NCBI GenBank assembly: GCA_043746635.1
Contig: JAYTQQ010000160.1
Span: 1 to 60,221 of the forward strand
Origin: Bdellovibrionales bacterium
GTDB taxonomy: Bacteria; Bdellovibrionota; Bdellovibrionia; Bdellovibrionales; JAMPXM01
DNA length: 60,221 nt
Direction of reading: 5' to 3'
The notes below the pieces were generated by a model, which saw nothing but the letters and a program-made list of their open reading frames with translations, searched no databases and was not told the DNA's origin. The position numbers and the translations under genes are program-made. Each line of letters starts with the position of its first letter. Within the stretch, counting starts at the first letter, position 1. Positions 51,399-60,050 of this stretch are shown here, piece after piece.

Positions 51399-53841
51399 TC
51401 ACTTGCCCTTTTTTCGAAGCGTACTTCTTCGACTTGTCATACTTTTTCTGTTTTTTTGAATCGTTTCGATCATCTGGTTCTTTTTCAGTATCGTCCGCCT
51501 GAAGTTTAAAATCAATCTTTCCGGCCTCGATGTCAACGCCAGTGACAAAAACTTGGATCGGGTCGCCGATTTTGAATTTTGCTTTGGTGCGTGAGCCCAA
51601 AAGCAGAAGCATTTCTGGATCAAAAGTGAAACGGTCATCACCTAAATTTTCTACTTTAACTAAGCCATCGACATCAAAGGCTCTCAAGTTCACGAAAATC
51701 CCGAAGCGGGCGACGGAGCTGATAACTCCATCGAATTTTTCGCCAACAAATTTCTGCATGAAGCGGGCTTTTTTAATCGATACGAGTTGGCGCTCGGCCT
51801 TCACGGATCTCTGTTCGCAAGCGCTGAGCATACTCGACGCGGTGGCGAGTTGATCGTCGTTTAAGGCCCAGCTTTTGTATTTAGGCATCAGCATACTTTT
51901 TAATAAGCGATGCGCGATCAAATCAGGATAACGGCGAATCGGAGAAGTAAAATGCGAGTAATGAGAAAAGCCTAATCCAAAGTGGCCTAGGTTTTGCGAA
52001 CTGTACTTCGCTTGGTTCATGGCCCTCAAAGTCAGCATACTTAAAATCTGCTGCTCGGGTTTGCCTTTAAAGCTTTCGAGTGTCTTTGAAATTTTCGTCT
52101 GAAGACGATCTTTTCCGGTGAGAGAATTTTTAGCTCCAAAGTTCCATAAGAATTTTTGAAGATCGGCAATTTTTTCTTCGTTGGGTTCTTCATGAATACG
52201 GTAAATACCCGGTATGTTTTTTTCGCCCAGAAAACGACCGACCGAAACGTTTGCGGCAAGCATGAGTTCTTCAATCAAGCGGTGAGCGAAAAGTCGTTCC
52301 GATTTAATGATGTCAACCGGTTCTCCCGCCTCGTTGACAATGACTTGAGTCTCCGGAATTTCGAGATCGAGTGAACCTTCGCGAAACCTTTTGGCCATTA
52401 AAATCTTGGCGATGTCTCGGCAATTTTTGATATTGCTCTCAATGTGATTCAAATGACTTGGAGTTTTGCCATCCAGAATTTCTTGAGCTTGGCCGTAGGT
52501 GACGCGGGCTTTTGATTCCATGACGGCTTCATAGAAATCGTGACTAAAAATGTTTCCTTGAAAATCCATCTGCATTTCACAAACAAAACAGAGCCTCGCA
52601 ACTTTGGGCTTCAGAGAACATAATTCGTTCGACAAAGCCTCTGGTAACATTGGCACCACAAAATTAGGAAAATAAACGCTTGTCCCTCGTTCGTAAGCAT
52701 CGTCATCGATTGAAGATCCCGGCTCAACGTAATGACTGACGTCCGCGATAGCGACCCAAACTCGAAAGCCTTTGCCATCGATTTCGGTGTAGACGGCGTC
52801 ATCGAAATCTTTTGCAGTTGCTCCGTCGATGGTGATGAGATTTTTATCGCGAAGATCAACTCTTCCGGCGATATCTTTTTCACTGACGTAAGGAGAGAAG
52901 GCCTTAGCTTGCTCTAAAGCCTTCGGCGAAAATTCAAAAGAAATATTATGCAAATGAATCACGCGGGTAATATCGTTTAGTGGATCTTCGGAGTCTCCGA
53001 TGATGCTGACAACATGGCCCGTGAAATCTTGATTGCGACCCGGGTAGCTCGTGATCTCAACGACCACGATTTCGCCTTCTTTTGCTCCCATAGAATCTTC
53101 GGTACGAATACGTAAGTCGGATCCCCAATGGCGATTTTCATCGAGAATAACTCCGTATTTCACGTCGACTGGCAAAAACTTGCCGACAACTTTTTTAACT
53201 GCGCGAGCAAGAATCTCAACAACTTCTCCAGAAAGACGTTCTTCATTTCTTGATTTATGAACGATGACGCGAAGGCGATCATTGGTCATAATTGAGGTCA
53301 TAAACTGTCTTGAAATATAGACATCGGGATGTTTTGGATCGTCAGGAATGAGAAAGCCATAGCCATCGGGATGACACTTAATAATGCCTTCAACGTATTT
53401 GAGTCCGTCGAGATGCTTATTCTGAACAACTTGAATTTTATCTTCTGTTGGACGCTTTTGATTCGAACTCGGTTTTTTAAAAGTCGGCTTAGAGGTATTC
53501 GACTTTGTCTGTGTTGGTTTCGGCGCATTCGTCGAGGGAGAAGATGAAATAGAAAATGTTGGTCTCGGTGCGAGTTTAGCCATGAGGCCGCCGATGGCAC
53601 TTTTGCCTTTTCCACCTAGGGAACTCAAGGTTCTGACGGAGCTCGAAGATTTAATTCCTTCTCGTAAGGTATTGCCGATGGGCTTGGCACTTCCGCGAGA
53701 AAAAGTTTCGGATGATTCTTTGCGATCGTTTTCAGAATTCGCTTTTCGAGAATCATTTCGTGATGGATTGTGTTCAGACTTGCCTGAATCTGAACTCTGG
53801 TTGCGCGACTTTTTGCTGCCCTTGCGATGAGGTTTCTTCAT
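51280..53841 (-). CDS. rnr: ribonuclease R with long basic low-complexity N- and C-terminal extensions
   Basis: Cold-shock/OB region, RNB core (ITIDGATAKDFDDAV...VYFPNFVVPMLPE...HFGLGFSHYSHFTSPIRRYPDL), S1 domain (FDGVISSVARFGIFVNL), Lys-rich tail. Confidence 0.93.
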   Translation of the reverse strand: MKKPHRKGSKKSRNQSSDSGKSEHNPSRNDSRKANSENDRKESSETFSRGSAKPIGNTLREGIKSSSSVRTLSSLGGKGKSAIGGLMAKLAPRPTFSISSSPSTNAPKPTQTKSNTSKPTFKKPSSNQKRPTEDKIQVVQNKHLDGLKYVEGIIKCHPDGYGFLIPDDPKHPDVYISRQFMTSIMTNDRLRVIVHKSRNEERLSGEVVEILARAVKKVVGKFLPVDVKYGVILDENRHWGSDLRIRTEDSMGAKEGEIVVVEITSYPGRNQDFTGHVVSIIGDSEDPLNDITRVIHLHNISFEFSPKALEQAKAFSPYVSEKDIAGRVDLRDKNLITIDGATAKDFDDAVYTEIDGKGFRVWVAIADVSHYVEPGSSIDDDAYERGTSVYFPNFVVPMLPEALSNELCSLKPKVARLCFVCEMQMDFQGNIFSHDFYEAVMESKARVTYGQAQEILDGKTPSHLNHIESNIKNCRDIAKILMAKRFREGSLDLEIPETQVIVNEAGEPVDIIKSERLFAHRLIEELMLAANVSVGRFLGEKNIPGIYRIHEEPNEEKIADLQKFLWNFGAKNSLTGKDRLQTKISKTLESFKGKPEQQILSMLTLRAMNQAKYSSQNLGHFGLGFSHYSHFTSPIRRYPDLIAHRLLKSMLMPKYKSWALNDDQLATASSMLSACEQRSVKAERQLVSIKKARFMQKFVGEKFDGVISSVARFGIFVNLRAFDVDGLVKVENLGDDRFTFDPEMLLLLGSRTKAKFKIGDPIQVFVTGVDIEAGKIDFKLQADDTEKEPDDRNDSKKQKKYDKSKKYASKKGQVSGQQEKSETPGEHTKKRGKDEDDRGRVRKKRFPKRRRKD

Positions 53842-53975
53842 TGAATAAACGCTATCATAAGCTCAACGGCAATGACAACACGAACTCTTAAGTGCGCCCA
53901 GTCCTCATATTCAGCAAGAGAGATTGCTTTTTGTACTCAAACTGGGGTAAGTTTCGCTAGTCAGTCATCCTAAGT

Positions 53976-54062
53976 GCCCAGGTGGTGGAACTGGTAGACA
54001 CGCGTGGTTCAGGTCCACGTGTTCGAAAGAACTTGCAGGTTCAAGTCCTGTCCCGGGTACCA
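53976..54062 (+). tRNA. tRNA-Leu (anticodon CAG), class II with a long variable arm
   Basis: Folded by hand: acceptor GCCCAGG/CCCGGGT (one A:C mismatch, one G:U pair); D arm GTG-GAACTGGTAGA-CAC; anticodon stem CGTGG/CCACG with loop TTCAGGT; variable arm GTTC-GAAA-GAAC; T arm GCAGG-TTCAAGT-CCTGT; encoded ACCA end. Confidence 0.92.
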
Positions 54063-55723
54063 AATGTCAAAGTATTCGAACCTAAATTTCTAGATAATTT
54101 TGCACCGTGCCCACCCTTATCACCTAAGGAGTGGGCAGTCTTTTTTAAAGCGATTTCTCTCTGATAATGGTCGTTATCGACAATATAATGGATCTTAAAT
54201 GAGTTGATCCCCACTTCAATCTTTCGCACGAATTTCTGCGCTAGTTGCTTCTTTTGCGTGATGTCTAAGCTTTGAGTTACAAGCTTGCGATAGTTGGACG
54301 CAAAATTCTCAAATGTATCCAATCCGACGATTCGACTTAGACTTCCGACTCCTTCATTTTTAAACTTCAGTAGTGTTTCTTCGTTGTCTTTATTAATGAG
54401 TTGTAGCTTCTCCAATTGTTTATAAATTGGAGCTGCCGAGACGCCTTTAGGAAGTTCAGAGAGACGCTCAGAGAGAGCATCGATCTGGCTTGAGACGCCG
54501 CTGATTTTGGCCTTAAATCTTTCGGCTTCTTTGAGTTTTGGATTTACTTCATGTCGCGACTTCACCTTCACGAGCATACGCCTGACAAATTCTTCGTCAT
54601 TTAAAAATTCAGCGAGTTTGGCCCAAGCCGCAGGCTCTAGCTTTTTTGCGGCAACACGGTGTGGTTCACATTCAAAAAGTTTTTTTGTTAGCGTTGAATC
54701 TCGTTTTGTCGCCCAGGCGTGTTCGTAATAACCAACCTTCGAGGTATTTCCGGTTGCAGACTTTCCAACCATATTGCTACCACAGCTTTGACAGACCACT
54801 AGGCCAGAAAAGAGGTAGGGCATTCGACCTTTTTTATGTGGCTTGTAGCGTCTTCGATTTTTATCGAGCATCTGACCGGCACGAGTAAAAGTAACCTCGT
54901 CGATGATCGGTTCCCAAACAGCCTTCGACTCCTTTTTCTCTCCTTTATGCTTATACGCTTTGATGCCGAGATAAGCTTTGTTACGAAGCATTGCTTGAAG
55001 ATTGTCGACTGTGAAGTGACCGATTCGCTTGAACCTTCCACCGCTTTCCGTTTCTCGCTTTAAAGAGTAACCGTTACTATTAAGCCAAAGAGCTGCATGA
55101 GAAAGACATCCTTCTCGAATGAACGTCGTAAAGGCTGCTCGCACGAGCTCGGCCATCTTTGGCTCAATCTCTAAGAAGCCGGGCTTATCTAAGATCTTTC
55201 GGTATCCGATCGGAATCATTCCACCGTTGTAGAGTCCACGATTTGCGCGGGCGGCGAGATTGGCTTCGACCCGCTCTGAAGTCTGCTTTCTTTCAAATTG
55301 AGCGAGATTCATCAGTTGAAACAGAACCATTTCACCAGCCGCAGTTGTCGTATCAAAATCTTCTCTAAGACTCGAAAACATGCAGCCGTGCGCTCGCATA
55401 AGGTCCCACATTTCAACGAAATCCCTAATGCTGCGAGAAAGACGCGAAATCTCCGTTACCATGATGAGATTTATTTCGCCGCTTCTTATGGCGCGAAGCA
55501 ACTCTTGAAGTTTTGGCCTACGCATGTCTTTTGCCGAAATACCGGCATCCGTGTAGATGCCACAAATCTCGCCGAAAGAATTCATTCGATTTTTATAATC
55601 GACGGCTTGCCTAAGACGATCTTCTTGATTTCTGATGGAGCCTTCAGGATTTTCGGCCTGTTCCTCGGTACTGACTCGGATATAAAATCCAATTTTGAAT
55701 TTTATATTGTTTTTATTATGCAT
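54041..55723 (-). CDS. large serine recombinase (integrase)
   Basis: Resolvase catalytic domain (IGFYIRVSTEEQ...ISRLSRS), recombinase domain, zinc ribbon (CQSCGSNMVGKS...YYEH), coiled coil. ATG at 55723. The last 6 codons plus the stop are antisense to the tRNA-Leu 3' end. Confidence 0.9.
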   Translation of the reverse strand: MHNKNNIKFKIGFYIRVSTEEQAENPEGSIRNQEDRLRQAVDYKNRMNSFGEICGIYTDAGISAKDMRRPKLQELLRAIRSGEINLIMVTEISRLSRSIRDFVEMWDLMRAHGCMFSSLREDFDTTTAAGEMVLFQLMNLAQFERKQTSERVEANLAARANRGLYNGGMIPIGYRKILDKPGFLEIEPKMAELVRAAFTTFIREGCLSHAALWLNSNGYSLKRETESGGRFKRIGHFTVDNLQAMLRNKAYLGIKAYKHKGEKKESKAVWEPIIDEVTFTRAGQMLDKNRRRYKPHKKGRMPYLFSGLVVCQSCGSNMVGKSATGNTSKVGYYEHAWATKRDSTLTKKLFECEPHRVAAKKLEPAAWAKLAEFLNDEEFVRRMLVKVKSRHEVNPKLKEAERFKAKISGVSSQIDALSERLSELPKGVSAAPIYKQLEKLQLINKDNEETLLKFKNEGVGSLSRIVGLDTFENFASNYRKLVTQSLDITQKKQLAQKFVRKIEVGINSFKIHYIVDNDHYQREIALKKTAHSLGDKGGHGAKLSRNLGSNTLTFGTRDRT

Positions 55724-55928
55724 CTGTTCCCGTTCTTTCTGCCGCAAGCGGCGTTAAAAGTTCGGGAGCTAAGATTTTTTTCTCGGAGAGCTGGCAGAAA
55801 TAACTATACACAAGGTCTGTCCACTCATCAAGAATTTGTTCATATTCTTCTTCGCGAACCTGAAAATATTCGACTTCAATTTTTTCAAAAGGCGCGACAA
55901 AACGTGTGCGACGTTTGGGTTTACGCAA
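55716..55928 (-). CDS. small hypothetical protein translationally coupled to the recombinase (RDF or regulator candidate)
   Basis: 70 aa with a TTG start. Its stop overlaps the recombinase start in the octamer ATGCATAA. Confidence 0.4.
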   Translation of the reverse strand: MRKPKRRTRFVAPFEKIEVEYFQVREEEYEQILDEWTDLVYSYFCQLSEKKILAPELLTPLAAERTGTDA

Positions 55929-55986
55929 TGAATTGCTCCAATATTAAATTGTTTGAAACGAAAATTTTGAGTGAGGACGTAATGCT

Positions 55987-56469
55987 TTAAATAGGCTCAG
56001 GGGCGGAGAGATTGTCTTCAGGTGAAGTCGCAGATTTTTTTAGACGCCTTCGCTTTAACGTCTTGGACTGGACCGCGTTCGACGTATGATTTATTTTGTC
56101 TGTAACTGCGAGCTCAACGCTTCGAAGTTGAGCCTGTAACTCAGCCACACGGGCTAAATTCTTGTCGGCCAGCGCAAGTTTTATTTGCGGCGTGATCCAG
56201 GCGATATGCTTGAGCGGATCGTAATTTTCCGTACGAATCTGCAAACATTCTTTTGGTAAAAACTCGTCTCTATGGGCACGAATCAAAAAGTTAACGACAT
56301 CAGATCTGCTTAGGGACAGAAAGCCTTTTGATGACTTTTTAATTTGAGCAATCCAAGAATCGAGTTTGTCGCACTCAGCTTTACCAAGACTTGCTCGTTC
56401 AATTTGCTTCGAGGACTTTACTGCTTTTTCATGCCCATCAATATTCATAGGGCCGGTTACCGACTCCAT
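55987..56469 (-). CDS. hypothetical element protein
   Basis: The ATG at 56469 has AGGAGA 4-5 nt upstream. 160 aa with a basic C-terminus (KTLKRRRLKK). No family recognised. Confidence 0.45.
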   Translation of the reverse strand: MESVTGPMNIDGHEKAVKSSKQIERASLGKAECDKLDSWIAQIKKSSKGFLSLSRSDVVNFLIRAHRDEFLPKECLQIRTENYDPLKHIAWITPQIKLALADKNLARVAELQAQLRSVELAVTDKINHTSNAVQSKTLKRRRLKKSATSPEDNLSAPEPI

Positions 56470-56684
56470 GTTGTCTCCTGCTCGATCCGGTACATGTTGT
56501 GGCCTTCGACCCACTCACGGCCGCCGCTGCGAATCTCAGGAGGAATGAAAATCTTCTTTACTGTGGGCTTTAGTAGTTTCGGCTGCTCAGTCTGTGAGGG
56601 CTCCGTCGGTTTTGTTTTATTGAAAGAAGCGCATCCGCTGAGCTCAAGACAAAGTAGCAGGACAATCAATTTAATTGAACGCAT
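56457..56684 (-). CDS. small lipoprotein of the element
   Basis: MRSIKLIVLLLCLELSG-C lipobox. AGGAG lies 6 nt upstream of the ATG. 75 aa. Confidence 0.5.
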   Translation of the reverse strand: MRSIKLIVLLLCLELSGCASFNKTKPTEPSQTEQPKLLKPTVKKIFIPPEIRSGGREWVEGHNMYRIEQETTWSR

Positions 56685-56747
56685 GACTAACTCCTAAATG
56701 GTTGAAATAGAATTTAAGAAATTTTTGAAAAATCAAAGCTGAAGAAG

Positions 56748-56787
56748 TGAAATAAAAAGGCCTGAAAAGTGAGAATGCAATTCAGGC
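56748..56787 (-). terminator. rho-independent terminator after the 299-aa gene
   Basis: Perfect 7-bp stem GCCTGAA-(14 nt)-TTCAGGC, followed on the minus strand by CTTTTTATTT. Confidence 0.6.
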
Positions 56788-56850
56788 TCGAGATACGAAT
56801 TTTTGAATGAGATATACGGGGGCATACTCAGTTATGAATTGAGTCCGGGA

Positions 56851-57750
56851 TCAAGTTCGAGAAGGCCTTGATTTTCCAAGGACTTTGTTTGGGTCGTAAT
56901 GGACGTTAAACATTGCAGTTCCCTGTATATCTCCAATATATTTCCCGTATGGGTCACCTATCAATCCCCTTATATTCTCTCGAATAGTGAATAGGTTATC
57001 TGACCGATCGTTCTTTATGTGAGCATCCCACCCAAGCTTGAGATAATCCTTCAAGTCCACAAATAGATGATAGTTTGGCGAATCATCTTTACTACAGGCT
57101 TTTGCGGTGAGAATTTGATCCTTCACCTTCTGATTTCCGACCAACCAGTATACTCGGTCGACATTTCGAATCATCTTGTAAAACCTGATGATCGACTCGT
57201 ATCTCGCAACACTCTTGGCGGTAAGTTCAATCTCATAGGCGAGTACCCATTGCTTACGATCGGACTCAATCAAAGTATAACCGTCTGACCTATGGTCGTT
57301 GATCTGTGGCACCCAAGGAGGGTAATATTCCACTGACCTTCGCCTTAGTTCTTGTTCAGTAAAAAACTGAACATTTGAAAACTTGTACTTTGACCATTCA
57401 CCTAGGTGAAATGCCAAGACGTTACGATCATGCCACCAATTTTCAGATAAGTAACCTTCTTCTGTAAGTTCACCAAGGGATTCTCGAATAGTGTTAAAAC
57501 CTAAATCAGTGAGATGCCAGGCTGTGAAGCGGTATTGTTTGCTCGATGTTGCTTCGACCAAGTCATGACGGGCTAGTCGTTCCAATGCCTTGTAAGCTGA
57601 GTACGCTGAGCCTGGTTTGACAACAGCTTCATAAACGGAGGCTGTGGATGCAATTTTCCATCGCCATAAGAAATGCATTATTTCCGTATCGCGATCGCTC
57701 ATATAAAAGCAATTGCCACGAAAGCGATTCGCACTTTTTGCGTCACTCAT
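56851..57750 (-). CDS. winged-helix protein, possibly replication-relaxation family
   Basis: N-terminal wHTH-like segment (DTEIMHFLWRWKIASTASVYEAVV...AYKALERLARHDLVE). It sits next to an FtsK-type ATPase, as in replication-relaxation modules. The call rests on pattern recollection only. Confidence 0.35.
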   Translation of the reverse strand: MSDAKSANRFRGNCFYMSDRDTEIMHFLWRWKIASTASVYEAVVKPGSAYSAYKALERLARHDLVEATSSKQYRFTAWHLTDLGFNTIRESLGELTEEGYLSENWWHDRNVLAFHLGEWSKYKFSNVQFFTEQELRRRSVEYYPPWVPQINDHRSDGYTLIESDRKQWVLAYEIELTAKSVARYESIIRFYKMIRNVDRVYWLVGNQKVKDQILTAKACSKDDSPNYHLFVDLKDYLKLGWDAHIKNDRSDNLFTIRENIRGLIGDPYGKYIGDIQGTAMFNVHYDPNKVLGKSRPSRT

Positions 57751-57784
57751 TTCATACCTCGTAATATTTTAAGATTTTAAAGTT

Positions 57785-59143
57785 TCAAGAAAATTTGTAG
57801 GTTTGGATTTCTTCGAGCTTGGGTCCGAACTTCCAAACTGCACGACCCTTAATTTCCGGATTGAGCTCAAAGGCTCTCTTGGTTCCAAGTGCCGCAACAC
57901 TCGATGCTTGATTCGCCATTGGAAAGCAAAGCACTCCTGGTAAATTCGACTTAACGGTTTGATCAAAACTAGAAGAATCTGGCTTTTGAGTTGCGACAAT
58001 AAGGTGAATGCCTGCGGCGCGGCCCTGACGCGCAATTCGATTAGCTGCGGCCTTTGCTTTTACGACCATTTCTTTATCGAGGCCAGGTTCAGTAGAATAA
58101 AGCTGTGCCATTTCATCAATGAAAATATAGGTTCGCTTTTCAGTAGTGGTCCTCTTCTCGAATGGACCAGCACTTCTCTTGAGCTGAGCCTTGAGGTACT
58201 GATCAAAATCACTTACGCCAAGATTTTTAAAGGTATCAAGTCTAGTCGCAAGTTCTGTACCGAGTCTTGTAAGTTCGGCAATGGAAGCAGCCGACCCCTC
58301 ATGGTAGCTAATATTGTCATGCATATTATCGATTCGGGATTTAAGATCAGAACTCTCCATGCCGCCTTTAAAATCTAGAAAAATAATTTGAGCTTCTTTG
58401 TTGTTGCTTGAAACAATCGACGACGCCATTTTCATAAAATTGGATTTCCCGCCGCCTGATTGACCCGCAACTAAAATGTGCGCAACATCTCTGATGTTAA
58501 CCTTGATTGGCCCTTGGTGACTTAGTCCAATCGGAATATCGCCGTCGGCATACTGCTCGGGGTTTTCTAACAAGGCGACTTTGTCGAGGTCCTTGGTAGT
58601 GTATAGGATCTCAATTTTACTTTTATCACCATCTTCTTGATACATTTTCACGATTGAGAAATTTAAAACATTCTCAAGTTTTTCACGAGCAGTATTGAAT
58701 TCCGAAAGAGTAATGCCGTGAGTTTTAAGCTTTAGGCATCTTAAATGTTCATCAACCTCGATATCCTCAACAAGGGCCGGGTATTTGCCAACGCATTTTA
58801 GTTTTGCCGCCTCAAAGGCTACTTTGAGCTTTTCAAGAACAGAATTTCGCTCAACGACTCGAACCATCCCCCAAACCAGCCAGCCAGAGAACAACAGAAA
58901 GTATTCAAGAAAACTTCGCATAGATCCTGTTACGTGAGAGCTTTTACCAAAGAGTCCGAGAACCCATTGATCAAATCTCAGGTGGAGTAACAACGACGTA
59001 GCGATTCCAGCATAACAATATTTGTGCGCGGGAATTCTGTCCTTACAAACGCCCATCACAATTTCTTTTATTGCAGTCCATAAAAACTTCCATACATAGG
59101 TAATTCGGTCGAGATAATCAAAATTTCCAATTGGTTCATTCAT
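57785..59143 (-). CDS. FtsK/SpoIIIE-family DNA-translocase-type coupling ATPase
   Basis: N-terminal TM helices, Walker A VAGQSGGGKSNFM, Walker B YIFIDEMAQL, FtsK signature GRAAGIHLIVATQKPD. I use the ATG at 59143 (MNEPIG...), which overlaps the upstream stop in ATGAATGA. Confidence 0.8.
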   Translation of the reverse strand: MNEPIGNFDYLDRITYVWKFLWTAIKEIVMGVCKDRIPAHKYCYAGIATSLLLHLRFDQWVLGLFGKSSHVTGSMRSFLEYFLLFSGWLVWGMVRVVERNSVLEKLKVAFEAAKLKCVGKYPALVEDIEVDEHLRCLKLKTHGITLSEFNTAREKLENVLNFSIVKMYQEDGDKSKIEILYTTKDLDKVALLENPEQYADGDIPIGLSHQGPIKVNIRDVAHILVAGQSGGGKSNFMKMASSIVSSNNKEAQIIFLDFKGGMESSDLKSRIDNMHDNISYHEGSAASIAELTRLGTELATRLDTFKNLGVSDFDQYLKAQLKRSAGPFEKRTTTEKRTYIFIDEMAQLYSTEPGLDKEMVVKAKAAANRIARQGRAAGIHLIVATQKPDSSSFDQTVKSNLPGVLCFPMANQASSVAALGTKRAFELNPEIKGRAVWKFGPKLEEIQTYKFS

Positions 59144-60050
59144 TCTTAGATCCTTCTTTCTTTTTTGGTTCATCGAATAATAAATAAAACTCTGTTCCCC
59201 GTTTGACTTCGATAATGTTCGGAGCATTTTTCATTTCGTCCATATAACTTTGACTTTGATCGAGAGCTGCTTTTGACGTCCCACTTAAGGCAGCGTCTCT
59301 CAGTGAGCGCTTCCGTTCGTAGGCAAACATTGACCCACTGGTGTCTTGTAGGCCATCGGCCATACCACCAAGAAGTCCGAAGCCCATTGCCGCCGCCATT
59401 TTTTTGCTTTTGGTTCCAACAAACGAACCCTTTAAACCTTGAATCTTGTCGGAGAGATCAAAGGCCTGGGCTCTAATCGGAATACTTTCGCCATTTGGAA
59501 AAATCACTTTTGTGAATTCAACAAAAAGTCTCTCCTCCGTTGATTTGCCGCTTCCAAATAGTGTTGCGTGCTCAGGGATCAATCTCTCACCATCGACAAT
59601 AATGGGAGATGTCAGTTTCGCTTTGACGATTCCGTTTGTGGCGCCACTTTCCAAAATGGCCATTGCTTCACTTCCGACTGGGATCTCACTCGCACCGCTT
59701 AGAGAAAAAACCCTTATCCCACCCAGAGCTGAGACTTTGACAGGCACTTTTTTGATGCGATTAATGAGATCTTGCTCGGTCTGAATTTTAGAGTCGATAA
59801 CAGGCAAAACACTTGAGATAGCTGGAGTCGAAAATTCTTTCGACCGCAAGTCGTTCAAATCCGATCTTTTGCTAAAAAATATGAAAACACCAATCAGACA
59901 TGCTGCGGGTAATGCCATACCCTTTGCAAATTTTGAGTTGAGTGTAAACTTAAAGCCGTTCCAACTCCTAAAGTACGAGCTCTGTCCCCAACGGTAAGTC
60001 TTGCCCAGTCGTTCAATGAAAACTTCTGTGGGTTTAGTTTCTTCATTCAT
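59136..60050 (-). CDS. VirB10/TrbI-like conjugal transfer protein
   Basis: Bitopic (TM helix ACLIGVFIFF). C-terminal block GSEAMAILESGATNGIVKAKLTSPIIVDGERLIPEHATLFGSG...RLFVEFTKVIFPNGESIPIRAQAFDLSDKIQGLKGS resembles the VirB10 beta-barrel domain. ATG at 60050. Confidence 0.55.
   Translation of the reverse strand: MNEETKPTEVFIERLGKTYRWGQSSYFRSWNGFKFTLNSKFAKGMALPAACLIGVFIFFSKRSDLNDLRSKEFSTPAISSVLPVIDSKIQTEQDLINRIKKVPVKVSALGGIRVFSLSGASEIPVGSEAMAILESGATNGIVKAKLTSPIIVDGERLIPEHATLFGSGKSTEERLFVEFTKVIFPNGESIPIRAQAFDLSDKIQGLKGSFVGTKSKKMAAAMGFGLLGGMADGLQDTSGSMFAYERKRSLRDAALSGTSKAALDQSQSYMDEMKNAPNIIEVKRGTEFYLLFDEPKKKEGSKNE

Noticed and set aside
53976-54062. The tRNA-Leu as a pseudo-tRNA, because of the A5:C68 acceptor mismatch.
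   Set aside because: All other arms fold canonically, the anticodon loop and variable arm are typical of class II tRNA-Leu, and single acceptor mismatches occur in functional tRNAs. The mismatch is noted only as a possible junction clue.
53982-54164. A 60-aa plus-strand ORF (MVELVDTRGSGPRV...).
   Set aside because: It is the tRNA-Leu gene read as protein and has a non-ATG start. It is an artefact of ORF calling.
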